IMG/VR virus record: IMGVR_UViG_3300045988_105143
Location: 722 to 64,721 of that record
Source: a virus
Strand: one strand, 5' to 3'
DNA length: 64,000 nucleotides
The position numbers and the translations under genes are program-made. Below the pieces are notes generated by a model. The model searched no databases. It was not told the DNA's origin and saw only the letters and a program-made list of their open reading frames with translations. Positions 12,201 through 19,228 of the stretch are shown here, in pieces; the stretch's first letter is position 1; each line of letters opens with the position of its first letter.

Positions 12201-14553
12201 GCTAGATAATAAAGTATTTGAATTATCTGTTAAAGCATGGAGAAACGCTGGTGCTGACCCTGACTACAAGCCTAGACGACTATGGGCTCACATTCCTATG
12301 CTTCATAGCAAATATGGAGTGTATATAGTTAAAGATAACGTAGACGAAGACGGTAACCAATACGAACAACGTGAGAAAATCGCTTCCTTCCATACATACA
12401 GAGATGCAGAAAACTGGGTAAAAAAAGAACAAATCAATGGAGATGCTCGTGTAGTAATTACAGAACGTAATCCAAAATATGACGAGTATAATGCAGGCTC
12501 AGATGTATACGATGGTGCGAATGAATCAGCATATGACGATATCGTATATGAAGGCGAAAGCCGTGAATCTCAAGAGAAACGCTTTGCTCGTATATCACAC
12601 TCTTACCCAGAAGTTTCCAAAATCATTAATGAATTTATAGGCGATAAAGAACACGTAACACGTGAAAAACTTATGGATTTAATTAATGATAAAGATAAAC
12701 AAAAAGATTTAGATATTAATCCAAAAGCCCTAAAAGATGAACTAAAATTTGCTAATCTTGATGAGTTATTCCGTAGACGTAATGTAATTACTAGACAAGA
12801 CATGATTGCCCATCTGTTAATTGGATACGGTAATCAAAAGAAAGATAAATATAACAATACAAGAATGAATGCTAAAGGTGCCAACCCTAATACATTTGAA
12901 AATATGGAAAACTATTTAAGATATAAAGCAAACTTTATACCAGCTCAAGAGTTTTATCATAAAGCAACCGCACTTTACCGAGATAAAATAGGGACAGATT
13001 ATGCATCCCAATTTGGTATTGGTGGTGAAGGTGCTAGACGTGATGTAGAAGACGTATTGCATAAGTTTATATCTAGTGTAGTAGGTGTTCCTAATACATT
13101 TGACAAAGCTATCAATAGAACATTCAACGAACTTGTTGGTGATGGTTGGATTAAACAACAATACGGAGATACTTTTGCTACAGACCTAATGAACCGTAGT
13201 ATGGAAGCTGTATCAATAGCAAAACTAGGTTTATTTAGACCTACTGCCGCTATTGCTCAGTTAGGTGCTTTACTAAATATTGGCACAAAAGCTGGTTATG
13301 GTAAAGACTTCCAAAAAGCATTGCGTGATGCTACTACTCATGGTAAAGTTGGAGCTCATATCACATTCTCTGAACAAAAAATGTTCAACCGTATAGGTCT
13401 TAATCTAGAAGATACTGCGTTAGAAACACAGTCTTTGAAAAATAGAAAAAGTCTATATAACCTTAAAGTTGGTAAGGTTAAATTAGGTAAAGCATTTGAA
13501 AAGTCTATGGATATGTTCAATAGAACTGACAAGTATACACGTCGTGTAGCCGCTCTTATTGCTTATAGAAAAGCTATTAGTGATGGTAAATCACAAACAG
13601 AAGCAGAACATATTGCATCTGATTTTGTAAGAGAAACTAACTTTAACTACAATGATAGAGATGCATCTCAATTATTTACGAAGTTTGGTACTCTTGGTAA
13701 ATTAGTGTTGCAATTTAAGAAATATCCAGTTAAAGAACTTGAATTTATGACAAGTGTTATTAAAGGTGGAAACAAGAAAGAAATTGCTCGTTTCTTTGGT
13801 TCTTATATCGCAATGGCTGGTCTTATGGGCGTACCTGGTATGACAGCCGCAGATACTGTAGCAGAATGGATTAGTAATAAATCTATTTCTCACAGAATCA
13901 AAGAATCATTAATGGAATGGGCAGATGGAGACGACACCAAGAAAAAACTAGCATTATTAGTTATGTATGGTTCTCCAGCACCCACACTTGGCGTTGACTT
14001 TAGCCGTAATATTGGTATTGGTGACTTAATTCCTACAGATAGTTTAGCTGGTCCTACATTTGGTACATTAGCTAACTTAATAGAATCATTTAAGAATGAT
14101 AATTCTTCGAATGGTATGCTATTGTCTATGGGACATGATTTATCACCTGCCTTTGCTAACTACTATCAGGCAATTACTGGTCACAAGCAAGACTGGAAAA
14201 AAGGTGTACAAGGTAGAGAATATAGTGATAAAGAACGTATTCTTAAAGGTATTGGTTTCAGACCTATACTTGATGCGGTTGATGCTGATGTTAGCCAAAT
14301 TAACTATATCAATTCACAAGAATCTAAAAACCGCAAAAAAGCATTAATATACCAATATATTAATGACCCTAGTTCTGTATCTGTAGAAGACCTAAAAGCA
14401 AATAATATTACTAAGAAAAATATCGCAGACGCCAAGAAAAACATAGGTTCTTCATCTATTGAAAAGGCAAAAAGATATAGTTCGAAAGCAGATAGAATTA
14501 AAAACGCTGATAAGTTTGATAATATGAGCGAGTTTGAAGAGGACCTCGATTAA
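6238..14553 (+). CDS. giant (2771 aa) internal/ejected virion protein, polyvalent-protein-like, with two zincin-type HExxH motifs
   Basis: Uninterrupted ORF with an AAGGAG ribosome-binding site. Gly/Ala-rich hydrophobic N-terminus and a Lys/Glu-rich middle. HEYEH lies at 9595-9609 and HELIH at 10708-10722. An S/T/N/Q-rich linker is followed by a large helical C-terminal region. The gene follows the SLT gene, as in podovirus-type ejection modules. Confidence 0.6.
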   Translation: MPTLGQLYGNDYFRVAYGPQYNAYKYKQALDQSGYIPNENDGLIDSFQSGFAGSMGGLFGEVAGWSKENGYDWVNNNATWAANKMGDIAARNAYTGTQDSDGIMWYGANQAASALGSSVPSIAADVAATAAMDAAIGTVVGPEGTAAGAIVGAVSGVGKGLYNLYKGTRALQYAGKAAKTAGAIAAGGLIENASNAGDTYMTGLSRGMSHEDAWNASNEALDEGWAPAVINYASDRAMLGRGMKGISGAMAVGAGGKVLAKTAGAWAGNAMIGAAGEGLTEAWQTQIQEQALGNEAYANTHIYDPFTWTQDMKDQAYDAAIGSAMLGGITGGVQSARGYLANRANTNVNADTVDTNIQPQVQPQEDIQSQPVVGEIEDLSAVGAMPNDSIDLGSVTPEAFVQPERGDFDNVFETMGKRFARGKYTNDEIDAKAQAVQDTVARINDLWDNQIDENKAPATLRANDFMEDFVNAGLTPKEAHEASKETVKALQAKSPKQDTSIPGSELIRRAESVGLNLTDAQKNDLLSENPIRSNYNAVADAIEDKTVENQRKNAELNRRRADTRRRNTYSTRYDDSINKPFLDKTLGKKKSEETGYRIHNAMKQRKEDIKSGKRTKSLEKYLADAGINNNNYSKEEMNNIKAHIKSIDDGIRNRGYNKEELKKLSKENVDVQKANATYAEATRKYDAKDPRNSAKIEQINNMIADSIIDQGKRGKPIYRYDKYKEFKNKNRKLYNRINEAVYGNKKEEQTIAKQNTEAPKTVKVQYIKPKYKKGSLSDKIAKNPDKAEEIKAKALSKIEPTIQKEKAVKEKPTGPIPYEDRHKGFNNLTNEQLDARRADREQRAIKLKSLQLQKSESTDTASSKYQGQPAPKFNKDGSRAKVIEPTETVKPVVEETQHAEPKTEVKQTPVKNTKKAEPKEAQKSSKQDEVNVLAKAVMVGKIKPKQARDILNQLSKEATDKEKEKYQKLSEKIKYNTNNKGELISRDRSDEGRERDAQILRDRLDKFKTRLSKERMSDSEYNAEVKSIEHQIERFRNTHFVEESNYKFTIPKNKVESRREFLKKHENKEVVHPQYLSLALLRNNYDLDSGLKRWIAKEIGSESNFEDGERSRHIKAMLIHEYEHMIDMYDSEENALKEKPMLVKNLASAIAGSFPKESFGTEGNKVRNRRNELMFGGTKALTPFKFKERDTLINFAKKYFSGELEGKKKEVKREVKVDNRKNNGKEIVYDVVSDSVKPLGGGQFKFKAKINNDNEESFNEYLQEVGIGEPENIVKKDGYVEFTSDIYLSYLTFTDITDSTKSKTGKVNVNIYKARGDLIKAILADNDTGSFAMWLKYSYEKKGNEGYDMATKKKNVKKRLAELTGESYSSAEYDDGATLFYPSKVEEVEAEDSIPDYGIYQLGSEEDFNAPTSKNYNTFKLADESQELTLHKGLENRLGDAYNDVKEYLTNGKDITIQVTKKGTVPMYMPKTDTIYLPEDRINVTSTSFQHELIHSALRDVLLNQKSSEGAIKFAVDMANYIKGEINAYKQSNRADSNTNEMPEKPTSTNEGETSSIQGQTGNDSTTGSNTSSKSVSNGSSTEGLQFNSQKLEDSSVGESGQRRESQPQEQTIQDNSRNQSMVQGKDSTLRRKMGDEKLLREWNLAEERLNTITEDTLFEDSVGLKDAVEDIITDPVMNVEDKSNKLLPLLWTANEIDKKFGLDERDSLLRAIYTDKLINLEETMAYTLQNDLSPAHTSALFRTATRILQNKRKEDVSTNTYNQTGTETHQPNIMERAVGSLNTLINEFNKKHDNIEFEARDAKEGNISGYDIKKWLASPTKFIEKYIPQMKPIIYWAEETAVKQNKLQKNFIKALDKIKTNLGEENIHQFNKLAKEVTDLGREFVQPASVMLKDKELYINLKHDDIFREFKDEIDAKNLYSELKKAGKNVFMDYKDGNFRVFGSDHTLRTFNTFDEAEKAAQPLRDSIMKSKGYNSKVVKAYNDWRKLDNKVFELSVKAWRNAGADPDYKPRRLWAHIPMLHSKYGVYIVKDNVDEDGNQYEQREKIASFHTYRDAENWVKKEQINGDARVVITERNPKYDEYNAGSDVYDGANESAYDDIVYEGESRESQEKRFARISHSYPEVSKIINEFIGDKEHVTREKLMDLINDKDKQKDLDINPKALKDELKFANLDELFRRRNVITRQDMIAHLLIGYGNQKKDKYNNTRMNAKGANPNTFENMENYLRYKANFIPAQEFYHKATALYRDKIGTDYASQFGIGGEGARRDVEDVLHKFISSVVGVPNTFDKAINRTFNELVGDGWIKQQYGDTFATDLMNRSMEAVSIAKLGLFRPTAAIAQLGALLNIGTKAGYGKDFQKALRDATTHGKVGAHITFSEQKMFNRIGLNLEDTALETQSLKNRKSLYNLKVGKVKLGKAFEKSMDMFNRTDKYTRRVAALIAYRKAISDGKSQTEAEHIASDFVRETNFNYNDRDASQLFTKFGTLGKLVLQFKKYPVKELEFMTSVIKGGNKKEIARFFGSYIAMAGLMGVPGMTAADTVAEWISNKSISHRIKESLMEWADGDDTKKKLALLVMYGSPAPTLGVDFSRNIGIGDLIPTDSLAGPTFGTLANLIESFKNDNSSNGMLLSMGHDLSPAFANYYQAITGHKQDWKKGVQGREYSDKERILKGIGFRPILDAVDADVSQINYINSQESKNRKKALIYQYINDPSSVSVEDLKANNITKKNIADAKKNIGSSSIEKAKRYSSKADRIKNADKFDNMSEFEEDLD

Positions 14554-14572
14554 GAGGTCCCTTCTTATTTTA
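14541..14572 (+). terminator. putative intrinsic terminator/attenuator after the giant gene
   Basis: GGACCTC (14541-47) pairs with GAGGTCC (14554-60) across loop GATTAA, followed by the interrupted T-rich run CTTCTTATTTTA. Confidence 0.45.
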
Positions 14573-14583
14573 TAGGAGGTTAA

Positions 14584-15114
14584 ATGATTTATTCACTTAA
14601 TGATATTGAATATATGGCAAGTAAATGTAATGCACAAAGCATTACGCTCCATTGGGGAGCAAATTGGTATGATAATACCTCTGAACATTATCATATTAAC
14701 ATCCTTGGAGATGGAACAATCTATTCAGACTATGATAATCTTGATGTTACTTGTAGCCACACTTGGCACAGGAATACTGGTAATATTGGTATTTCTTTAT
14801 CTTGTATGGGTGACGGTAGCATTTGGGCTGATGGTACTATCCAATGGGGTTCGGCACCTCCAACAGATGCTCAAGTTGATAAAATGGCGATGGTTGTAAA
14901 CGCTATTTGTAAAGCCAAAGGTTGGGATATTAATTATGACCGTGTAAAGACTCATGCAGAATGGGCTGATATCGATGGATACGGCATCCATGATAATGAC
15001 CCAGATATGCGTTGGGACTTACTAGCTATTCCGCAAGAAGCTGGAGACGGAGGTGACATTCTACGTGGTAAAGCAATTTATTTCCAACATCACCCAGAAT
15101 TATGTAAAGACTAA
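14584..15114 (+). CDS. N-acetylmuramoyl-L-alanine amidase (PGRP/Amidase_2-like) endolysin
   Basis: AGGAGG ribosome-binding site. Motifs HYHINILGDGTIY, SHTWHRNTGNIGISL and KTHAEWA resemble the T7-lysozyme/PGRP fold. Confidence 0.6.
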   Translation: MIYSLNDIEYMASKCNAQSITLHWGANWYDNTSEHYHINILGDGTIYSDYDNLDVTCSHTWHRNTGNIGISLSCMGDGSIWADGTIQWGSAPPTDAQVDKMAMVVNAICKAKGWDINYDRVKTHAEWADIDGYGIHDNDPDMRWDLLAIPQEAGDGGDILRGKAIYFQHHPELCKD

Positions 15115-15655
15115 TATAAGACTAATCGGTTTTGTATTTATTCTTTTAATTGCGATATTTGCCCTGTATGGTGGTTATAAATTATTCCATAGGGAAACTA
15201 TCGAGGAACATATTAAAACGCCTCCTATGGGCAAAATAACGAATTTTATGGGTACTCAAAACACCAAGACAACAGTTGGATATGTAAAAAAAGAATTTAT
15301 TAATGGGATTAAAGAAGATACTGATGTCGAGGCAAATATAGAGCAGCCTAAAGTCACAGTTAAAGTTAATGGTAAAAAACAACAATTTGACTTGAAGCAA
15401 ACAGAAACAAAAAAATTTGAAGATGGTAAGGTTGTGGTAGACCAAAAATCAGAAGTTACATTTGATGTAAAGGTTCCAGACCGCCATGAATTAAATGTAT
15501 ATGCTCAAGAAGAATTCCGTGCAGGCAAATTTCATCATCAAGTAGGTGTAGAAAAGGAAAATGGTAAATTTGTATATGGGGCAAAATATGACTTTGTAGA
15601 CAAAGAACCTTTCTACTATGCACGCTATAACCTTGTAAAGATGTACACAAATTAA
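15053..15655 (+). CDS. membrane-anchored protein after the endolysin (possible lysis accessory)
   Basis: GTG start with GGAG 6 nt upstream. N-terminal transmembrane helix IRLIGFVFILLIAIFALYGGY. Overlaps the endolysin 3' end. The start is uncertain. Confidence 0.45.
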   Translation: MTFYVVKQFISNITQNYVKTNIRLIGFVFILLIAIFALYGGYKLFHRETIEEHIKTPPMGKITNFMGTQNTKTTVGYVKKEFINGIKEDTDVEANIEQPKVTVKVNGKKQQFDLKQTETKKFEDGKVVVDQKSEVTFDVKVPDRHELNVYAQEEFRAGKFHHQVGVEKENGKFVYGAKYDFVDKEPFYYARYNLVKMYTN

Positions 15656-15656
15656 T

Positions 15657-15683
15657 GGGGACGATATGTCCCCTCTTTTTTTT
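15657..15683 (+). terminator. rho-independent terminator
   Basis: GGGGAC (15657-62) pairs with GTCCCC (15668-73), followed by TCTTTTTTTT. Confidence 0.8.
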
Positions 15684-15699
15684 ATGCCCATTTTAAAAC

Positions 15700-15708
15700 T
15701 TCATCAAA
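15700..15708 (+). promoter_or_regulatory. TTCATCAAA upstream box
   Basis: One copy lies 17 nt upstream of the -35 at 15726. The same 9-mer recurs at 15789-97, 30985-93 and 30996-31004, with the variant TTCATCGAA at 15778-86. Confidence 0.4.
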
Positions 15709-15725
15709 TCTTCACAAAAAAGTAT

Positions 15726-15754
15726 TTGACAACCGAAAAATTTTATGGTATAAT
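15726..15754 (+). promoter_or_regulatory. sigma-A-type promoter (first of a tandem pair)
   Basis: TTGACA 15726-31, 17-nt spacer ending TGG, TATAAT 15749-54. Confidence 0.75.
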
Positions 15755-15777
15755 ATGAATATACAATATTAGAAAAC

Positions 15778-15797
15778 TTCATCGAAATTTCATCAAA
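15778..15797 (+). promoter_or_regulatory. paired TTCATC(G/A)AA boxes, 11-bp phasing
   Basis: TTCATCGAA 15778-86 and TTCATCAAA 15789-97, immediately upstream of the -35 at 15805. Confidence 0.4.
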
Positions 15798-15804
15798 TTT
15801 TCAC

Positions 15805-15833
15805 TTGACAAACCATTTTCGTTATGGTATAAT
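15805..15833 (+). promoter_or_regulatory. sigma-A-type promoter (second of a tandem pair)
   Basis: TTGACA 15805-10, 17-nt spacer ending TGG, TATAAT 15828-33, then ACAG as in most other copies. Confidence 0.8.
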
Positions 15834-15865
15834 ACAGACAAGGAAAAGTGAAATGAGGTGACAAA

Positions 15866-16072
15866 ATGTCAAGAAGAAAATACAAAATCAACAAAAACAC
15901 TGGAGTTCATTTAGTAACTCATACTAGACAAACTGAAAAAATTGAGGTATGCTCAGTATGTAAGTTTGGAGAATTAACAAAAAATAATAAAGAAGTATTT
16001 TGCATTAAAAAGGGTATATTCAAGCCGTGCAAGTCTTCTCGTATATTAAAATGCTTTGTTCACAAGCAATAA
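15866..16072 (+). CDS. small Cys-rich protein (68 aa), possible zinc-binding
   Basis: GAGGTG ribosome-binding site. Basic protein with CxxC plus three further Cys residues. Sits directly upstream of the structured non-coding element. Confidence 0.55.
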   Translation: MSRRKYKINKNTGVHLVTHTRQTEKIEVCSVCKFGELTKNNKEVFCIKKGIFKPCKSSRILKCFVHKQ

Positions 16073-16083
16073 ATAAGTGAACC
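16072..16083 (+). repeat. 12-nt direct repeat AATAAGTGAACC (left copy)
   Basis: Exact copy at 16651-16662. Together they bracket the G+C-rich element. Confidence 0.7.
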
Positions 16084-16470
16084 TCGAACCTATCTTGGAA
16101 TACGGCATAGCGTTACTTCCGAACGGCAAACCAAGGCACTACGAAGTAAACGTATGATAGGTAAGAGTAAAGAAAACGCACTAATCAAGCGTAGCATATG
16201 GTGGCATACAATTATGCAAACATCGAGGTCCTGGTAAAACCGATGTAAAAGAAATAACAGCACCCGTTTAGCGAGCGTGGTGATAGGCGTTATAGGCTCG
16301 GCGGTACAGCTACCTCGATTCCTTAGTTCCCCGTCCTGGCGTGGCAACGATGAGAGCCTATGTGATAAGGCACCAGATAAAGACAGACCGAGGCTGGTTC
16401 GCTTGAAGCGAGAATCATCGTAAGGTGCACAAACACCAAGCCCCCGAACATGGGGGCAGTGCACCCAGAC
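16084..16470 (+). ncRNA. candidate large structured RNA (class unknown)
   Basis: About 390 nt, visibly much richer in G+C than its surroundings, with no credible ORF. Many complementary segments: 16094-98/16131-35, 16222-29/16312-19, 16372-76/16394-98, 16399-16411, and nested 16424-30/16459-65 enclosing 16440-45/16452-57. Downstream of tandem promoters. The 3' boundary is uncertain and may extend to about 16660. Confidence 0.45.
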
Positions 16471-16650
16471 AGAGATTAAAAGATATTATATAAAGTAAAT
16501 AAAAAAATACACGAAGTGTTTCATGAACGAAGTGAATGAACAATAACAACTACTCACAAACAAAGTTTGTTCGTATTCTCGTTACGAGCTAAAGCTCTAC
16601 TCGAAGTATTTCTTTATAAGTTAAAAATTAGATTATCAACATTAGTTGAT

Positions 16651-16662
16651 AATAAGTGAACC
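16651..16662 (+). repeat. 12-nt direct repeat AATAAGTGAACC (right copy)
   Basis: Exact copy of 16072-16083. Preceded by the 8-bp hairpin TTATCAAC-ATTA-GTTGATAA (16633-16652). Confidence 0.7.
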
Positions 16663-16836
16663 AAATACGTCAATAAGTGTTTGGTGAACGTAATCCTCGC
16701 AAACAAGTTTGCTACGTATCACTAATTTAGATAATCTACTTTTACCTAAATTATATCATTAGTATTAAATAAGAACAAATATTAATTACGAAGTCTTTAG
16801 ACAAAGTAATTATGTGAACGAAGTGAGCAAAAGAAC

Positions 16837-16865
16837 TTGACATATAAAAGCAAATGTGGTATAAT
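16837..16865 (+). promoter_or_regulatory. sigma-A-type promoter
   Basis: TTGACA 16837-42, 17-nt spacer ending TGG, TATAAT 16860-65, ACAG. Confidence 0.8.
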
Positions 16866-16886
16866 ACAGTTATCAGGAGGTGAAAG

Positions 16887-17114
16887 ATGTATAATCTAAC
16901 TTTAAAATTCAATTTAAAAAGCAATAAAACAGCAATTTTACATTCCCAATTAAAAAGTATGGCTGATATTACATCTGAAGTTAAATATGTGATAGCCTGC
17001 ATTAACGCAAAGAAAACTATTTGGACATGCGGAACTAGCATTGATACTAATATTATCAAATCATTCGAATGGGAATATGAAGAAGACATGTTTAAGGAGA
17101 ATAAAAAGGAGTAA
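16887..17114 (+). CDS. hypothetical protein (75 aa)
   Basis: AGGAGG ribosome-binding site 7 nt upstream. First gene after the promoter. Confidence 0.6.
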   Translation: MYNLTLKFNLKSNKTAILHSQLKSMADITSEVKYVIACINAKKTIWTCGTSIDTNIIKSFEWEYEEDMFKENKKE

Positions 17115-17118
17115 AACC

Positions 17119-17328
17119 ATGATATTTAAAATAGCATTTTTCGCAGTACTGGGAATATTATTTATTGTAGAGTCTACTTTTATAGTAAATTATATTAACG
17201 GGATAAGAATTGGATGTCCAGGTGTATTTTTTGGTATAGGTATAGTATTTGTTTATATGTTGACGTGTATACCTGATTTAAAAAATTCGAATAAACCAGA
17301 TAAATATAGATATAGATATTATATGTAA
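17119..17328 (+). CDS. small membrane protein (69 aa)
   Basis: ATG at 17119 preceded by AAAGGAG. Two hydrophobic helices. The longer 17041 start lacks a ribosome-binding site. Confidence 0.55.
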   Translation: MIFKIAFFAVLGILFIVESTFIVNYINGIRIGCPGVFFGIGIVFVYMLTCIPDLKNSNKPDKYRYRYYM

Positions 17329-17342
17329 AATAGGAGTATGTT

Positions 17343-18470
17343 ATGAATTTCTGTGATTTACATAGCCATAGCGACTACTCAATATTTGATGGGTTCGCCA
17401 CTATAGATGATAAGATAAAAAGAGCAAAAGAGTTGGGTTATACAGCATTAGCTATGACAGAGCATGGGACAACCACTGGACTAATGGAATTCTATCTAAA
17501 ATGCAATAATGCAGGCATTAAACCAATACTAGGTTATGAGGGATATTTAAGTTTAGAACCAGATGTACAAGGAGGAGAAACATATCACATACTTCTTCTA
17601 TGTAAGGATTTAACTGGTTACCGCAACCTTATGAAAATAGCTACATATGCTTCTGAACATTTCTATCGAAAACCACGATTAGGTTTTGAAATCCTTAACG
17701 AATGCAAAGAAGGTATTATTTGTAGTACAGCTTGTATTGCTGGTGTTTTAAGTTCTGAAAGACCAGACAATATGATTTATGACCTGCATAAAATATTTGG
17801 TGATGATTTCTACTTAGAGGTCCAACCACACAAGTTTAAGGAACAATATGAATACAATAATATGGTATTTGACCTAAGTGAGAAATACAATATTCCTGTA
17901 ATTATCACTGGCGATAGCCACTATGTAATGCCAGAAGATGCAAGTACTCATAGATTATGGTTAAGTTTAGCGGAAGATAGCGAATACTATGGTAGTGGTG
18001 ATTACCATATGATGAGTAAGTCAGAAATGGCTGAGTTCTTTAAATTCAATACAGATGAATACTTCCAAAATGTATCTGACATTATAGGTAAATGTAATGT
18101 TGAAATTCCTATGGGTGGAGAAAACTTCCCTAAATTTGACACACCAGACCCTCTTAGATTTATAAAGGATAAATGTAACGAAGGTTGGAAGAGATTAGGT
18201 ATACAAAACAAGCCTAATTGGAGGCAATATAAAGAACAGGCTATGCACGAATTCGAAGTATTAGATAAATGCCATTACACAAATTATATGTGCATTATTT
18301 ATGATATGTTAGAATTCTGTAGAAATAACAGTATCCCAATTGGTCCTGGTCGTGGGTCAGTAGGTGGCTCTCTAGTAGCATACCTTATGGGTATTACAGA
18401 AGTAGACCCTATTAGATTTAACCTTGTATTTGAACGATTTGCCAATCCAGAACGTGTCACATTGCCAGAT
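17343..18470 (+). CDS. dnaE: DNA polymerase III alpha-type replicase, exon 1 (PHP domain + start of core)
   Basis: MNFCDLHSHSDYSIFDG...MTEHGT is a PHP motif. The exon ends ...FERFANPERVTLPD, matching DnaE ...RFLNPERVSMPD. The frame then hits a stop 3 codons later. Confidence 0.85.
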
Positions 18471-19228
18471 AAACAATAAAATGTCGAGCTATATAGAAAT
18501 ATATAGTGTTAAGCCTCGTGAACCTTATAGCAAAAAGGGTGTGCCGAAAGGTGCTAACGGTGAAACTCCTTATAGGACAACACCGTGCTAAGAATTCACA
18601 GTCACGGATTGGAGGTTTACATGAAAAATGTAAAAGGATATGAAGGGCTGTATGCTATCACAACAAACGGTGACGTATGGAGTTATAAGTCAAATAAGTT
18701 TTTATCTACATTTGCAGGTAAAACTTCAAATTATTTGCAAGTAAAATTAACTAAGAACGGCGTAAGGAAACATCATCTAGTTCATCGTTTAGTTGCTTTA
18801 ACTTACATTGATAATCCAGATAATTTACCTGAAGTTGACCATATTGATAACGACATACTTAATAACAATGTTAGTAATCTAAGATGGATAACCAGAAAAG
18901 GTAATTTATATAAGTCTTATAACACGATGGGACCGACTAGGAACCATAGGGTATGTTATGTATATAAGGACAATAAATTTATTGGGTTATTTAACTCTGT
19001 TTTAGAAGCGGCTAGATTTTGTGCAGAAGAATTTGGTTTATCTAAATCTTCTTTAGCAAAATATAGAAAAGTTAAAAATGTTAAAATAGTGGCTGTGAAT
19101 TAAAGTGTAACGACTAGCCCAAAGGGGCGTAGGGTGGGTATTGCTCCATTCGAAGTGCGAGGGACCTAAGTCATTTATGATATGGTTAAGAGATAGTCTA
19201 CTCCTTATGGTAACATAAGGTATTAAGG
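18471..19228 (+). mobile_element. group I intron interrupting dnaE (boundaries +/- a few nt)
   Basis: Exon 1 ends in U (..CCAGAT) and the insert ends in G (..TAAGG). Joining 18470 to 19229 restores LPD|IDCDV, conserved in DnaE. The insert is G+C-richer, carries an S-like element AAGAGATAGTC (19188-98) with a possible P7 partner GACTA (19112-16), and contains an HNH ORF. Confidence 0.75.
18621..19103 (+). CDS. intron-encoded HNH homing endonuclease (NUMOD4 + HNH_3 type, I-HmuI-like)
   Basis: GGAGG ribosome-binding site. GYEGLYAITTNGDVWS is a NUMOD4 motif. HHLVHRLVALTY...VDHIDNDILNNNVSNLRW is an HNH motif. Confidence 0.85.
   Translation: MKNVKGYEGLYAITTNGDVWSYKSNKFLSTFAGKTSNYLQVKLTKNGVRKHHLVHRLVALTYIDNPDNLPEVDHIDNDILNNNVSNLRWITRKGNLYKSYNTMGPTRNHRVCYVYKDNKFIGLFNSVLEAARFCAEEFGLSKSSLAKYRKVKNVKIVAVN

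Noticed and set aside
6528-13893. Numerous 60-110-aa antisense or alternate-frame ORFs inside the giant gene (for example 6528-6839, 9573-9905, 10817-11188)
   Set aside because: All are nested in a 2771-aa ORF with a clear ribosome-binding site and consistent coding character. None has its own ribosome-binding site. The cluster at 10.8-11.3 kb reflects a local shortage of stop codons and is reported as a compositional finding instead.
16090-16464. 124-aa minus-strand ORF spanning the G+C-rich element
   Set aside because: It starts at GTG with no ribosome-binding site. Its Leu/Arg/Ser-rich junk-like composition and CGG/CTC/GCC codons are foreign to this genome. It runs antisense to the local promoters. 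An open frame this long is plausible by chance in G+C-richer, stop-poor sequence. Treated as non-coding.
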